DNA of 64,000 nt from Heteronotia binoei (lineage: Eukaryota), in the NCBI RefSeq assembly GCF_032191835.1, contig NC_083243.1:180544001-180608000 (forward strand), written 5' to 3'. Below, one piece after another: positions 48,204 to 59,754 of this stretch. The stretch's first letter is position 1. Every line of letters begins with the position of its first letter. Position numbers and translations under genes: made by a program. The notes under the pieces are model-generated. The model searched no databases. It had not been told where the DNA came from and worked only from the letters and a program-made list of their open reading frames with translations.

Positions 48204-48833
48204 CCAAAACTCATACTGAAAGCCTGAGTCAAAGGCCTCATGTCATTGCCTAAGAAACATGAAGACTTGGTGACATGTGAAAAGGCCTGCAGTTTTGTGT
48301 TGTGTACTTAGCTATGTCCAAAAGTTGACCTCCATTACAGCAAAGAAAGATATTTTCTAAGCAAGGAATCATCCATTTGTGCAGTGCAGAAATCTATAAG
48401 CCAAAATTCCTAAATATATTTCAGCGTTTATTAATTTTGGCGTTTTAGTTTTTCCTATGGCGATGCTATGAAATATTAACAAACTACTGGCATGAGACGG
48501 TATTATACAACATCTATTTTAATGGTGCTGACAATCAGGCAGACCATGAGACTCTGAAGTCACATTAGGAGAAGAAAGATTAGGAAAAGAATCAAAGATA
48601 GCGCCATCGTTGAGAAATATGAAGTTTTCCAAAACCAACCTGGGAGTGGGAGGGAGAAAATGACTGGAATTTACAGCCAACTGCTTCGGGCTACTTTAGA
48701 GTAGGACTGCCAAATGCATACCAAAGACTATGCTTACCAAAATTCTCCAATGCAATGGAATAGGGTGCAGCCCGTTGCAGTGTCTTCTCCTCTGCTGTGC
48801 CTTCCACCCACTCTTCTTTCACATGCTGTAGGA

Positions 48834-48973
48834 CAGGGGTGGCCAATGGTAGCTCTCCAGATGTCTTTTTTTGCCTACAACTCCCATCAGCCCCAGCCAT
48901 CAGCCATGCTGGCTGGGGCTGATGAGAGTTGTAGGCAAAAAAACATCTGGAGAGCTACCGTTGGCCACCCCTG
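48834..48973. mobile_element. Palindromic hAT (Charlie-like) MITE
   Basis: Perfect TSD CTGTAGGA. Confidence 0.9.
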
Positions 48974-49994
48974 CTGTAGGACAACAAGGGAGTCCTACTA
49001 CAACAGGCCAGCAGAAGAAGAGGCTCAATGATGGGACCAGCCCTGGAGTTATAGTAGCTGTTAATGAATTTTTAGACGTATAGGCTCATTTTTGGAGTGA
49101 AGGTCCAGCTATCCTGTAGCCATCAATTCTACGTTATGGCAACAAAAGCCTGATTTGTGATGTGTTTATAAGGTGCTAAACTGGAAATATTAGGACTCTG
49201 ATGCATGAGTATGGGTGAACATTTGCCATGACTGCCACATGGGTAGTTTATGGGCCTTTGGAACAGATTTTGAAATTATCAACATTTATGGTTGCAATGA
49301 ACATACAGTATAGCTTTAAGTAAGCAAAGAAACATACTCCCACATAGGAGTCAATCCAGACTTATAACAGTACTCTCTCTCACTCTCATACTAGTGAAAT
49401 TATGATGCTGTTCTTCCTGGATTCCAGAGACATCTTCTGATCATAGATGGCTGGATGCTGCTAATCCACTTAAATCATGTCCAGCTGCAAAAGAAAGCAA
49501 CATTTTTGGCAAGAAGGCCACCAACTTCAAGGTAAGGCTTAGGACAGTTAGAGATGACCCTTATTAATGAAAAATATTGGGCAGCTTCTTAAAGCTCGAG
49601 ACAGATCTATTTGTATATTTGACAGAACTTAACCAAACACTTTCTGACCTTAGCAGCCTTTTCTGCTAAGCACATATGCCTGAAGGGCGGCTGTAATGAT
49701 GCAGTGATTAGAGAAAGACACTTTGTACATGTTCATAAACATCTAGCTTACAGCCGTTAAAGGAAACCAACAGTTCCTGCAAATGTAGTTTCAAACTTTA
49801 GAATCTCAGTAGCACTCTCATCTCATAATCCCTTACATGATTTAAATAACAATTAATGTTCTGTCCCTTGTTTGTGTTAGTAAATTAAAGTTATGGCATA
49901 AGAACCAGCACCTTGAATTGTGCCCAGCTGTAAACTGGGAGCCACTTAGATGAGCTAAGACTGGAGAGCTATGGGTAACTGCTATGGGTGTAGG

Positions 49995-50243
49995 GTGAGC
50001 TCTGACTCACAAAAGACTACACTAGAATAAATTGTGTTAGTCTGAATTACCACTGGACTTGTGTTTAATTTTGCTGCAACAAACTAATTGTGCTGCTCCC
50101 CTGGGATTCGGGAATTTCTAAATTCCCTAACGCCAGAGGAGCAGCCACATTAGTTTGTTGCAGCAACATTAAACGCAAGTCCAGTGTTAACTCAGACTAA
50201 TAAAGTTTATTCTAGTGTAATTTTTTTGTGAATCAGAGTTCAC
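49995..50243. repeat. Inverted pair of Penelope-type tail sequences around a short hairpin spacer
   Basis: Arms about 49995-50100 and 50135-50243. Confidence 0.6.
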
Positions 50244-50339
50244 TTTACATCCATAGCAGTTATCCACAGCACTTCAGTCTTAGCCCATTCACACAGGCTC
50301 CCAGTTTGCTATAAGGCAATTCATGGTGCTGACCTTGAT

Positions 50340-50720
50340 AATAATAATACTTTTTATTTGTATCCCGCCCTCCCCGCAAGAGCAGGCTCAGGGCGGCTCA
50401 CAACATATGATCTTCAAAGCCCTATATAAGTTTGGGACCAACATACCTAAAAGACTGCCTACTCACTTATGAACCTGCCGGGCCACTATAGTCATCTTTA
50501 CTGGCCCTGGTTTGGGAGCCCTTGCCTTCTGCGGTTAGGCAGCTGGCAACTAGGAGAAGGCAACCTTGGTCATGGCACCAAATGTGGCGTTCAGTAGTCC
50601 CTCTAGCCATCTCCCAGCTCGTCTTAGGAACTTTCTATCAGGGCACTTTAAGACTAATACCAAGAGGGAGGCAAAGCTCTTTCACCTTCCCCTAAGGTTG
50701 TTGCCACCAGCCTGGTATTT
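50340..50720. mobile_element. L2 tail (minus, 50340-50402) abutting an older plus-strand L2 fragment
   Basis: The tail matches the end of the 43-kb L2; then FKALY..G...LKDCL..YEP.R.L. Confidence 0.65.
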
Positions 50721-51252
50721 TTCCAGGGCCCAATCCACCCTGTTTCCCCTAAAGGATCAACAATCTCCAAATGACCAAAGAGTTACTTATGGCATTCACA
50801 CGCTCTTCTGAGTAGGGCTGAAAGGCACTGGTCCCTTCTGCAAGCCACTGACACCAAACAAATACAGGTATTTTCCCCAACACCATGTAACAAAATAACG
50901 GCTTTAAAAGCCGTCTGTTTACCTTGACCCTCGGGCCAATTGTAGAGCGCTAAAAGGTTCAGGGTTCCACAGGCACTCCCTTCTGGGACGGTCCAACCAA
51001 ATCCACCGGGATTCCCAAGAATACTCTTACTGACCTTCATGTCACCACAGGTCCCTGCCTAAGCAAGCAGCCCAGAAGACTCAAACTAGGAGGAGAAATC
51101 TCTTTTACTAGCCCTCCAGCCTCTAACTGGCAATCAAGACCTAATGCCTGGCAGCTGGTGGGTCCACCCTGGGGCTTGCAACGGAAGGAGAGAAATCTTG
51201 CAGAACCTAATCACTAAAACTGGCACTACGCCAAAGCTGTGGAACTCTCTCT

Positions 51253-51465
51253 CATATGAACATATGAAGCTGCCTTATACTGAATCAGACCCTTGGTCCA
51301 TCAAAATCAGTATTGTCTTCTCAGAATGGCAGCGGCTCTCCAGGGTCTCAAGCTGAGGCTTTTCACACCTATTTGCCTGGACCCTTTTTTGGAGATGCCA
51401 GGGATTGAACCTGGGACCTTCTGCTTCCCAAGCAGATGCTCTACCACTGAGCCACCGTCCCTCCC
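51253..51465 (-). mobile_element. Same tRNA-derived SINE family
   Basis: Reverse-complement match to 7709-7921. Confidence 0.9.
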
Positions 51466-53711
51466 TCCTGGGAGATTAGTCTGTCCCCTTCTGTTACCAT
51501 CTTCTGTCAGCAGGTGAAGGCTTTTTTTGTCTGTCATTTCCCCAACGAAATCTCTTCCTGAGGAATGTTTTAATTGTTTTTTATGTTTTTGTGGGTATTT
51601 TAATTCTTTTAAAAAACTGCTTTAATGATATGTGTTTTCTTGGGTGTATGTGACTTCAATGATTTTTTAAAAAATGATTTTATAATGTATTCTACCTGTT
51701 GGTCCTTGTAAGAAAGGTAGGATATAAAATACGTAAAATAAATGTTTAAGTTACAAAGCGACAGAAATGTGGGACTGGGGAGATATTACAAAGTGAGTCC
51801 AGTTTGAATCAATAACCAGTCCAACAGAACACTCCATTAAGACTGGTTTAGGACCACTCACGTCACTGAAGGTAGGAACAGTAGGATCAACATAAGATGG
51901 AGTGTGAAACTTAATAAACAAAACTAATAATTAGCATCTTTAAAGAGTGAGCCACATAGTGAGTCAGGACACCCAAGCTCTTGTTTCAGGCCTGGGGGAT
52001 CTCTTGATGAATCCTACTTCAGTGCTTTCACGTTGGACTCTTTTCCTGCAACTCTTTTGCAGGAAGGAGTATAATAACCCTGTTGCTGATCTGAAGGTTA
52101 CTGTCTACTGGATTCACTTCCTCTATAGAGTTTCACATTCCGCTTTCTCTACCAAGCTTTGTTCCCCCACAGCCTAGGGGACTGTCTCATCACTGATTTA
52201 CAAATTAAAACTATGAAAAAAAAAAGGTTTTTGTATATTTTGGAAGAGTAGCTTAAGAGCTGGATCTGATCCACGGATTGTCCTGCCCTAGAATGCTGAA
52301 GTATGAAAAACCTCCCGCTGACATAGTTAATGACGGTCCACATTGGATCCCCCTAAGCAGTTTAGTTGTTTCCATATTCACGAAATATTTCTTTAAAGTA
52401 CTTACAAGATCATCGACATCACCTTCATCTGCCGCTGGTGAAATTTCCATGGACTTTTCTTTGGGAACAAGGAACTGCAAATAGAATTCATAGCAATTCA
52501 CATCAAATACAACCTCTAGCAGGTAGTCTTGTAATAGAGCATTAAAAAGTACACTAGAGTTACATCAAGGCTAATCATCATTAACTTGTGTTCAGAGTGT
52601 TTAGCAACGTTACAAAATGTGTTTTTAAATGTGTTTAAAATGGGGAGGAAATCGACTACTGCATTGGTTGGTATGCACGCCTTAAGACAATCAATGGAGG
52701 ATAATTTGGCCTATCATAAACAGCTATATTAAGCAAGCACTAACATTCCATAGAACCAAGTTCAGTCTAATTGTAAGGATGACATCCTGCCTTCATTGAT
52801 ATGCAATGGAAGCTGGTCTGAGAAATAACCCACCTACTCTATCCCTTTGTCGCTTAGTGCAGATACAGTATATCAGGGCTCTTTATCCTGCCAATTCTGA
52901 AAAAGGGAGAACATACCTATGCGGAGAGCTCCATGAGTGGATTGCAGCTATCTGTCCTAATTCAATGAGTTAACCCAAAGTGCAAGATTCCGCATGATTT
53001 ATTTTTGCACCCTACATAAGATATAGACATATCTGTTGTAGGGGGGGATGCTGCATTTGCCTAGTGCCTGGGAGCAGGAATCAGATAATTTAGGCTTTAT
53101 TTAAACATTTAAAGCAGGTGCCTTAATGTGGTGTCCTTGGGCTCATGATGCCTACCGTGACCTTTCCTGGCACTACCAAGTGTTTTGAGAAAGAGGGCAG
53201 GGCCAGTTGGGGCTTTTCTTCATCAAGGCTTCTGATTGGCTGTGCAGATATTCAAAATATTGGTTTGGTAACAGCTGTCACCACAGCACAACAATCTTCA
53301 CTGGGTGACTGAAAGTGAGCTGTGGCAGCCATTTTGTAGCTGGTTCTGTCTTCAGCAACAGCCATTTCATGGCTGCAACTGTGTTATAATTCCAAAGGCT
53401 GTATTTTAACGTTTACTGCTTTGTATTTTACTTGTATCTGTATTGACTTTTGCTTAAAACCTTCAATCTGATGTGCGTAATAATAAAGGAAAGGGCAACA
53501 TTATATTAATGATGTCTCCATCTATACGCAAAGAACATAAAGCGGTGGAGGGAGAAGAGAGAACCTCACAGCATTGGATGTGAAACTGCATCTTTCCCAG
53601 TAATATAAGTGCACCTGGAAGTCATGTTGACCTGACCCCTACTGGGGGCCTGGAGGATATTCAGAGAGGTGGCTGAATAAAGCCTGCCACTATCCTCTTG
53701 ACTGGACAGAA

Positions 53712-54054
53712 AAACAGGTTGCTAACCTGTAACTGATGATTTTCGAGTGGTCATCTGTGCAGTCACACACATGGGTTTTCTGCCTGGAAACGAACCCAAC
53801 CTCGGAGAATTCAAAGCTAGCCTAGACGTTTTATTTTGGCACACATTCCCTCTCAATCTGGGGAGCAGGCATCCACTGTGCATGCCTGGAACGAGGGGAA
53901 GGCGTTCCACCCACCCAGTTTCTTCTAGCCGCTGTATAGAGAAGAATTTATATTAGAAAGAAGATTAAACCAGCAGCGGGGAAGGCTGGGCGGGCGTGTG
54001 TGACTGCACAGATGACCACTCGAAGATCATCAGTTAAAGGTAAGCAACCTGTTT
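53712..54054. repeat. DIRS terminal inverted repeat / internal complementary region
   Basis: AAACAGGTTGCTAACCTGTAACTGATGATTTTCGAGTGGTCATCTGTGCAGTCACACAC (53712-53770) is the reverse complement of 53996-54054 with about 3 mismatches. Confidence 0.88.
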
Positions 54055-54206
54055 AACTTCATCATGGTCTCTGTGCAGTTCCACAGATGGGTGACTGGTA
54101 AGCTGGAGTGCACGGTTGGTGGGTGCTGATTCAGGGATAAAAGCACTCCTGTTAAACATGCATATAAATGACATGAAATATTGTACAGGGCATGGAGCTG
54201 GAGGCG

Positions 54207-55200
54207 TCAGACAAAAATGGAGCGAAGTACAGCCTGCCTGAAGGATACGTCACGCCGTGCACGAACGTCTAGGGCGTAGTGCATGGCAAACGTAGATGGA
54301 GAAGACCAGACCGCAGCGGCACAGTTGTTCTCCATTGGTACACCTCTGCAGAAGGCTGATGATGTGGAAACAGCTTGAGTGGAATGAGCTCGCAAGTGTT
54401 CAGGTAAGGGTTGTTTAGCCAGTAGATAACATAAGGCAATTGCAGACAAAACCCACTTTGAAAATCTCTGCGTTGAGATCTTGTAGCCCTGCTTATGTGT
54501 CCCGTAGGCTACAAAAAGTCTAGAGTCTTTTCGAAAGGGACATGTCCTATCGATGTAGAATGTGAGGGCCCTACGTACGTCGAGATTATGTAGAGTTTTT
54601 TGTCTGGCATCACTGAGGTTTTGGAAGAAGGAAGGAAGTGTAGTCAACTTCCCTAGGTGGTAAGGTGAAACCACCTTTGGGAGGAAAGTAGCACCACTCT
54701 GTCATGGAGAAAGACAGTGTATGGGGGGGGGGTCTGTCCGGAAGGCACAAATGTCACCAGCTCTCCTGCCGGATGTAAATGCCAACAGTAACGCCATCTT
54801 CCATGACAAGAGATGCAGTGGGATGGATGCCACCGGTTCAAAGGGAGGTTTCATCAACTGGCTAAGGACAAGAGAGAGGCTCCACGTTGGTTGAAGTTGA
54901 CGAATTGGAGGGTGAAGATGCAGAATGCCCTTTAGGAAGATTTTTGTCACGGAATGAGAGAAGACAGTGTGTCCTTCAATGTGTGGATGAAGAGCTGAAA
55001 CAGCAGCCAAGTGAACCTTCAGGGAGGAGTAGCCAAGACTGGAGTCTTATAGAAACAAGGTGTACGACAGAATTTGGGCTATAGAGGACAACTCAAGAAG
55101 GAAGTTGTGTTGAGCAGCGTATGCTGAGAAACGCTTCCACTTTTGTGAGTAGGATTTCCTAGTGGTCAGTTTTCGGGCGTTGAGGAGGATTCGTCGGACC
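54207..55200 (-). pseudogene. DIRS tyrosine recombinase, frameshifted
   Basis: WSLSLVLSQLMKPPFEP...LSWK.ALLLAFTSGRR, LDVRRALTFYIDRT, RAHSTQAVSTS, AVWSSPSTFAMHYALDV. Confidence 0.92.
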
Positions 55201-55213
55201 TTGGGAGGGAAAT

Positions 55214-55700
55214 CTAGAAATTGATTTTCCAGGCAGTCAGTCGCAGAAGAGCTGGGTCATGGTGCAGGACTTTCCCTTCTTGTTGGGAGATTAAGCCTTG
55301 AATTGGAGGGAAATGATGGAACACATTGTGTGACAGAAGTAGGAGGGTGGTGAACCATGGTTGACAGGGCCACCAGGGAGTGATGAGGATACAGTTGGTC
55401 CAATCCAGTTGGATTTTCTGAAGAGTTCTGGTTATCATTGGAATCGGAGGGAATAAGTAGTGGAGTGGTCCCAACCACAAGTGGAGAAAAGCATCTCCCG
55501 CGGATTGTGGGGATGGAGGGCCCCAAGTGTAAAAGTGTGGGCATTGTGCATTGGCCAGAGAGGCAGAGACGTCTATGGCCGGAACCCCGAAGGTCCTGAA
55601 GACTATTTGAAGGTAGGTGCGGTTGAGGGCCCATTCGTAGTCGTTCACAAGGTGCCAGTTTAGCGTGTCCGCTTGAACATTTTGGATTCCCGGCAGCTGT
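55214..55700 (-). pseudogene. DIRS methyltransferase-like (Dam-like MT) domain
   Basis: FG.PAIDV.AS..NAQC..F, DAF...W...L.YLFPPIPMI.R.L.KI, ILITPWWP.QPWF, the characteristic DIRS MT signature after RNase H. Confidence 0.8.
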
Positions 55701-57060
55701 ACAGCTGTCAGTAATATGTTGTGAGCAATGCTCCAATGCCAGAGAGATAGGGACCGTCTGCAAAGGCGGACGGAGGCAGTGCCCCTGTCGGTTGACTTAA
55801 AATACAGTGGCTGCGTTTACTGAGGTGACCTGGACATGCAGACCACAAAGGGACGGTAGAAACGACTTGAGTGTTCTGTGGACCGCCAAGAGTTCTAGAC
55901 AGTTGATAAGTAGAGACTTCTCGTAGTCTGTCCACTGCCCTTGTACCGTCAGAGTTCTGAAGTGGGCTCCTCAACCCCACCTCAAAGCATCAGTCATGAC
56001 AATGGCCGATGGAGGTGTCCATATGAACGGCGTTCCCACCAGAAGATGATGTTCTATTTTCCACCACTCAAGGGAAGTGAGAATGCGGTGTTGTCGATGC
56101 GGATGGAAAGTTCGCATAAACCATAGTTGCAGAGGTCTCATGTGGAGTCTTGCAAAGCACAGTACAGAGGTCGTAGCAGCCATAAGTCCCAGCATGTGCT
56201 GAAAAATGAATGCTGTTTGGGTAGTGTGTGATATGATGGTAGAGGCCAGAGACTGGATGTGACGGGCTCTGTCTATAAGAAGATAAGCCTTGTGGGATAT
56301 CGTGGATAGGCATGCGCCTATGAATTGAATGTCCTGGATTGGAATCAGATTGGACTTTGTCAAGTTGGCTTGAAGGCCCAATGAGGACAGGAGAAGCAGA
56401 GTGGTAGAGATGTCTTGTCGGAGTTGCTCTCTGGATTGTGCCACAATGAGCCAGTCATCTATGTAAGGATATATGGAAATTTTTTGTTGGCGAAGTGTCG
56501 CCCCCACCACCGCCATGCACTTTGTAAAAACTCTTGGTGCAGTAGAGAGACCGAAGGGGAGGGAGCAAAACTGGTAGTGTTGATCCCTGACGGCAAACCT
56601 TAGGAATTTTCTGGGATGATGGTTGATGGTGAGATGGATGGTTGATGGTGAGATGGTCTTGAAGGTCTATCAACGTCACCCAAGCATTTTTTGGGATCAA
56701 TGGAAGGATAGACTGTAGGGTAATCATGTGGAATTTTTTGTACTGTACATGGCGATTGAGTTTGCGAAGGTCCAGTATCTGACGTTGCCCTCCATTTCTC
56801 TTTGGTACCAGGAAGTATCGGGAATAGAACCCTGTGCGATGGAACTCTGATGGAACTGGTTCTATGGCTGCCTTGTCAAGCAAGGCGCAGATCTCCGATT
56901 GAAGTGGAAGAGATGGAGGGGTACGTACGAAACAATGGAACTTCGGGGAAGAATTGAACTCTATGGTGTAACCTCTGAGGATTATCGCCAGGACCCAGGA
57001 GTCTGAAGTTATGGATTCCCATATGGGATAAAACGGAAGCAGTCTTGTAGTATTGGACGG
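55700..57060 (-). pseudogene. DIRS RT/RNase H, frameshifted (includes a 19-bp tandem duplication at 56618-56655)
   Basis: WESITSDSWVL, GFYSRYFLVPK..GG.R.ILDLRKLN, FHMITLQSIL, IDLQD, YPYIDDWLI, ARLHMRPLQ, VMTDA..WG. Confidence 0.9.
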
Positions 57061-57112
57061 ATGTGGTGGTGGTGGTGGTGGTGATGGTGGAGGTGGAGAT
57101 AATGTTAGGAAG

Positions 57113-59250
57113 TCAAAGGGACTGCTTTGAAGCGGGAATCGTCTTCTTTGTGGTCTGAACACGAGGCCGTTGATGGAAAGGTTGTTTGGTTGGTGGAGCT
57201 TTGCGCTTCCAGTAGTCGGCTTGTTTCGGTGAGCGGGGATGTTTATAGTAGGATGGTTTCCAAACTCTCTGCCGATTGGGTTGAGCTTGTTGTTGACTGA
57301 CTCCCAATCTCCTAGCCCTCTTTCTGCTATCATCGTCAGTCGTTGCATTGAAGAGACCCTGATTGTCAAAGGGCAGGTCCTCGATCTTAAATTTAATGTC
57401 TGGTTTCAGTGAGGAGGATCGAAGCCAGGTATGGTGATGCAAGGCGATGGATGTGGCCATGGTCCTGGATGAGCAAGCCACAGCATGACAGACTGTGTTA
57501 ATCTGTTGTTTGCTAACCCGGGAAATTTCTTGTAGGAGTTGCGATGCTTGCTTCTGCACAGAATCAGGTAGAGAAGAAACCAGCGTAGTTTGCTGTGAAG
57601 TTAAATTAAAGGTATAAGCTGAAAAGTATGCTAGATAATTATGAATTTTAGAGGAAGCAGTAGTGAGGGAATAAATCTTTCTTCCTAGGATGTCGAGTTT
57701 TTTCCCTTCCTTCTCAGGTGGAACCGGATGTCGCGTCTGTTTGGGCTTCAATAAAGAGTGCACAATCATGGAGTTGGGTGCAGGATGATTGAACAAGAAT
57801 TTAGAATCCGGTGCACAGATTTTATATAATGATTCGACCCTCTTAGATGCAGGAGGAACCGATGCAGGCTTATCCCAAGCCTCTTTGAGGCCCTCGAGGT
57901 GAACAGGAAGCACTGGGAGGAAAGATCCAGCAGGTAAGTTAGCGTGGACTAGGTCATGGACCACATCTGATACTCTAGGCAAATCAGTAGTGAGCTTGAT
58001 ATTTAGAATGTTAGCCATGTTGGTTAGCAGGTCTAAATAGGCCTTGGAGCCCTCTGATGGTGAAAGATCTGCCAGTTTAGTGATGTCAGAAATAGGTGAT
58101 ACAGGTGCGGATCCTACAGATTGAGAAGAATAGGAGTGTTCAGAGTCAGAATCTTCAGATGCGTCCATAGATGTACTTGGATGGTCGTGTGAAGGTTTGG
58201 TTGATATCAATATAGCCTTTTCCAGATGGGTAGGTTGGCCAGGTTGTTCTCTCTGTTGTTTAGATGGAGCGGACTGGGCAGCAGAAGTTGAAGCCACCAG
58301 TGATCGTGGTTTCGAATCCTGGCTGTCATGCCTGTGTCGATGTGGAGATAAACCCTAGTGGTATCGGGGGTAGTAGATTTCCTCACGGTACCAAGGCTAG
58401 TAGGCTTCCTCACGGTACCGAGGTTGATGGAGCTTGTAGAAAGGTGATCGAGAAATCCTATAGTGCTGCCAATACCGACGTGGAGGCGAAGGTGATCCAG
58501 ATCACGATGGACTATAATAATAGTGATCCGTGTGTCGGCTTGGAGATCATGGGTCAGCATAGACTTGGGTAGAAAAATCTCTATACATTGGTGACCGGTG
58601 CAGCGGGGATCGTAAACGACATTGATCATGAGATGAGTTGAAGGCTCTTGATATAGTGGAGAGATGGCCGAGTCCTTAAAGGTGCGGGGCGCCGACACTT
58701 CTCGGAATGAATGGAGTCCAAGGAGATTAGCTCGCTGTGCTAGAGGTCGAAGTGGTAGGTCGAGAGATTCAGCGGCAAGGATCTCATCTGGTAGTGATTT
58801 GTGGACAGAAGGGGATCGTGACTGGATGCAGATGACCTTGTCGGTTATGACATTGGTGGAAGCCAAGAGTTCTGCTGGAATATTAGGTGCCGATGATACC
58901 GCAGCCGTGGCTGCCGCCATCACCAAGTGCGAGGTCGATGCGGAAGTCGATGCCATGGTATGGTCAGAGGGTCCCAAATCCAAAGACTTATGGTCGGTCT
59001 TCGCTTTGGATTTTGATGCTATCAAGTCCGATCAATGTTTGGAAGACGATTCCGGTCTGTGTTTTTCCGTGGAGTCGTCAGATTTCTTAGAGTGCTTTTC
59101 AGACTTATGCTTGCTGGGTGTCAGGACCCAGACCTGCAGACAACGACGGGCAGCTTCTGTTGCCCTGGCAATCGGCCAGGACGCTGGCTGTCGGCTGGGG
59201 TGTTTCCAAAGGCAGCACGAACGTTATCTTTACAGTCCTTAATTGGTCTG
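57113..59250 (-). pseudogene. DIRS ORF1 (Gag with LAP2alpha-like domain), frameshifted
   Basis: LPVHLEGLKEAWDKP, YKI...LFNHPAPNSMIV, PPEKEGKKLDILGRKIY, DLPFDNQGLF resemble the DIRS Gag/LAP2alpha-domain family; preceded by a Ser/Thr-rich low-complexity segment. Confidence 0.75.
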
Positions 59251-59754
59251 TGCCATAAATCAGGCCAGCCGAAGGGAGTAGCGAAGCGCGGAGTCTCAGG
59301 AATGCAGAAGGGTCGTCAACCAGGGAAAGCAAGCCGAATGTATACAAAGTACTTAGCCAAAGCAGAGTCCAGTTTCCAGTCCAAAGTCAAGCCGGGTCGG
59401 GAAGCAGACAGGTTCGTTCAGCAGGCAAGGGGGTGCAGGGCGCGGTCACGTCGGAGGGTGATCATTCAACTACATTGTCAGAACTCTGGGCTCAGATCTC
59501 TCCTAGCACGCCTGCGTGCTTCTCTACGCCTGTCTCTGAACTCCAGCCGTCTCCTCTCGCGTAGCCGTTCTGCAGGTGGTGATGATTCTGGAGGCGATGA
59601 GCTAGTGCCTGGTGTGGCCTGATCGGTTTCAGGTGGCCCCTGCTGCTGGCTTGCTCCTTCAGGACTTACGTCCGACGTTGGTAGAGGCATCTGCACAGCA
59701 GGGGCGGGGTCAGAAGCAGGCACCTGCTCTGAGTCAGCAGGGGCAGGCATGACA
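59251..59754 (-). repeat. 3' LTR of the chromovirus, with an in-frame 90-aa ORF (59478-59750)
   Basis: Begins TGTCATG directly after the PPT; pol reads through it to LSPEF-stop. Confidence 0.85.

Larger units (their letters stand above)
53712..59250 (-). mobile_element. DIRS1-type tyrosine-recombinase retrotransposon, decayed, 5' part interrupted by the Gypsy insertion
   Basis: Gag, RT, RH, MT and YR fragments in DIRS order, with terminal inverted repeats at 53712-53770 and 53996-54054. Confidence 0.92.

Noticed and set aside
59251-59754. Endogenous retrovirus with env
   Set aside because: Domain order is RT-RH-IN-chromodomain of Ty3/Gypsy type; no signal peptide, furin site or TM-bearing env ORF lies before the LTR.
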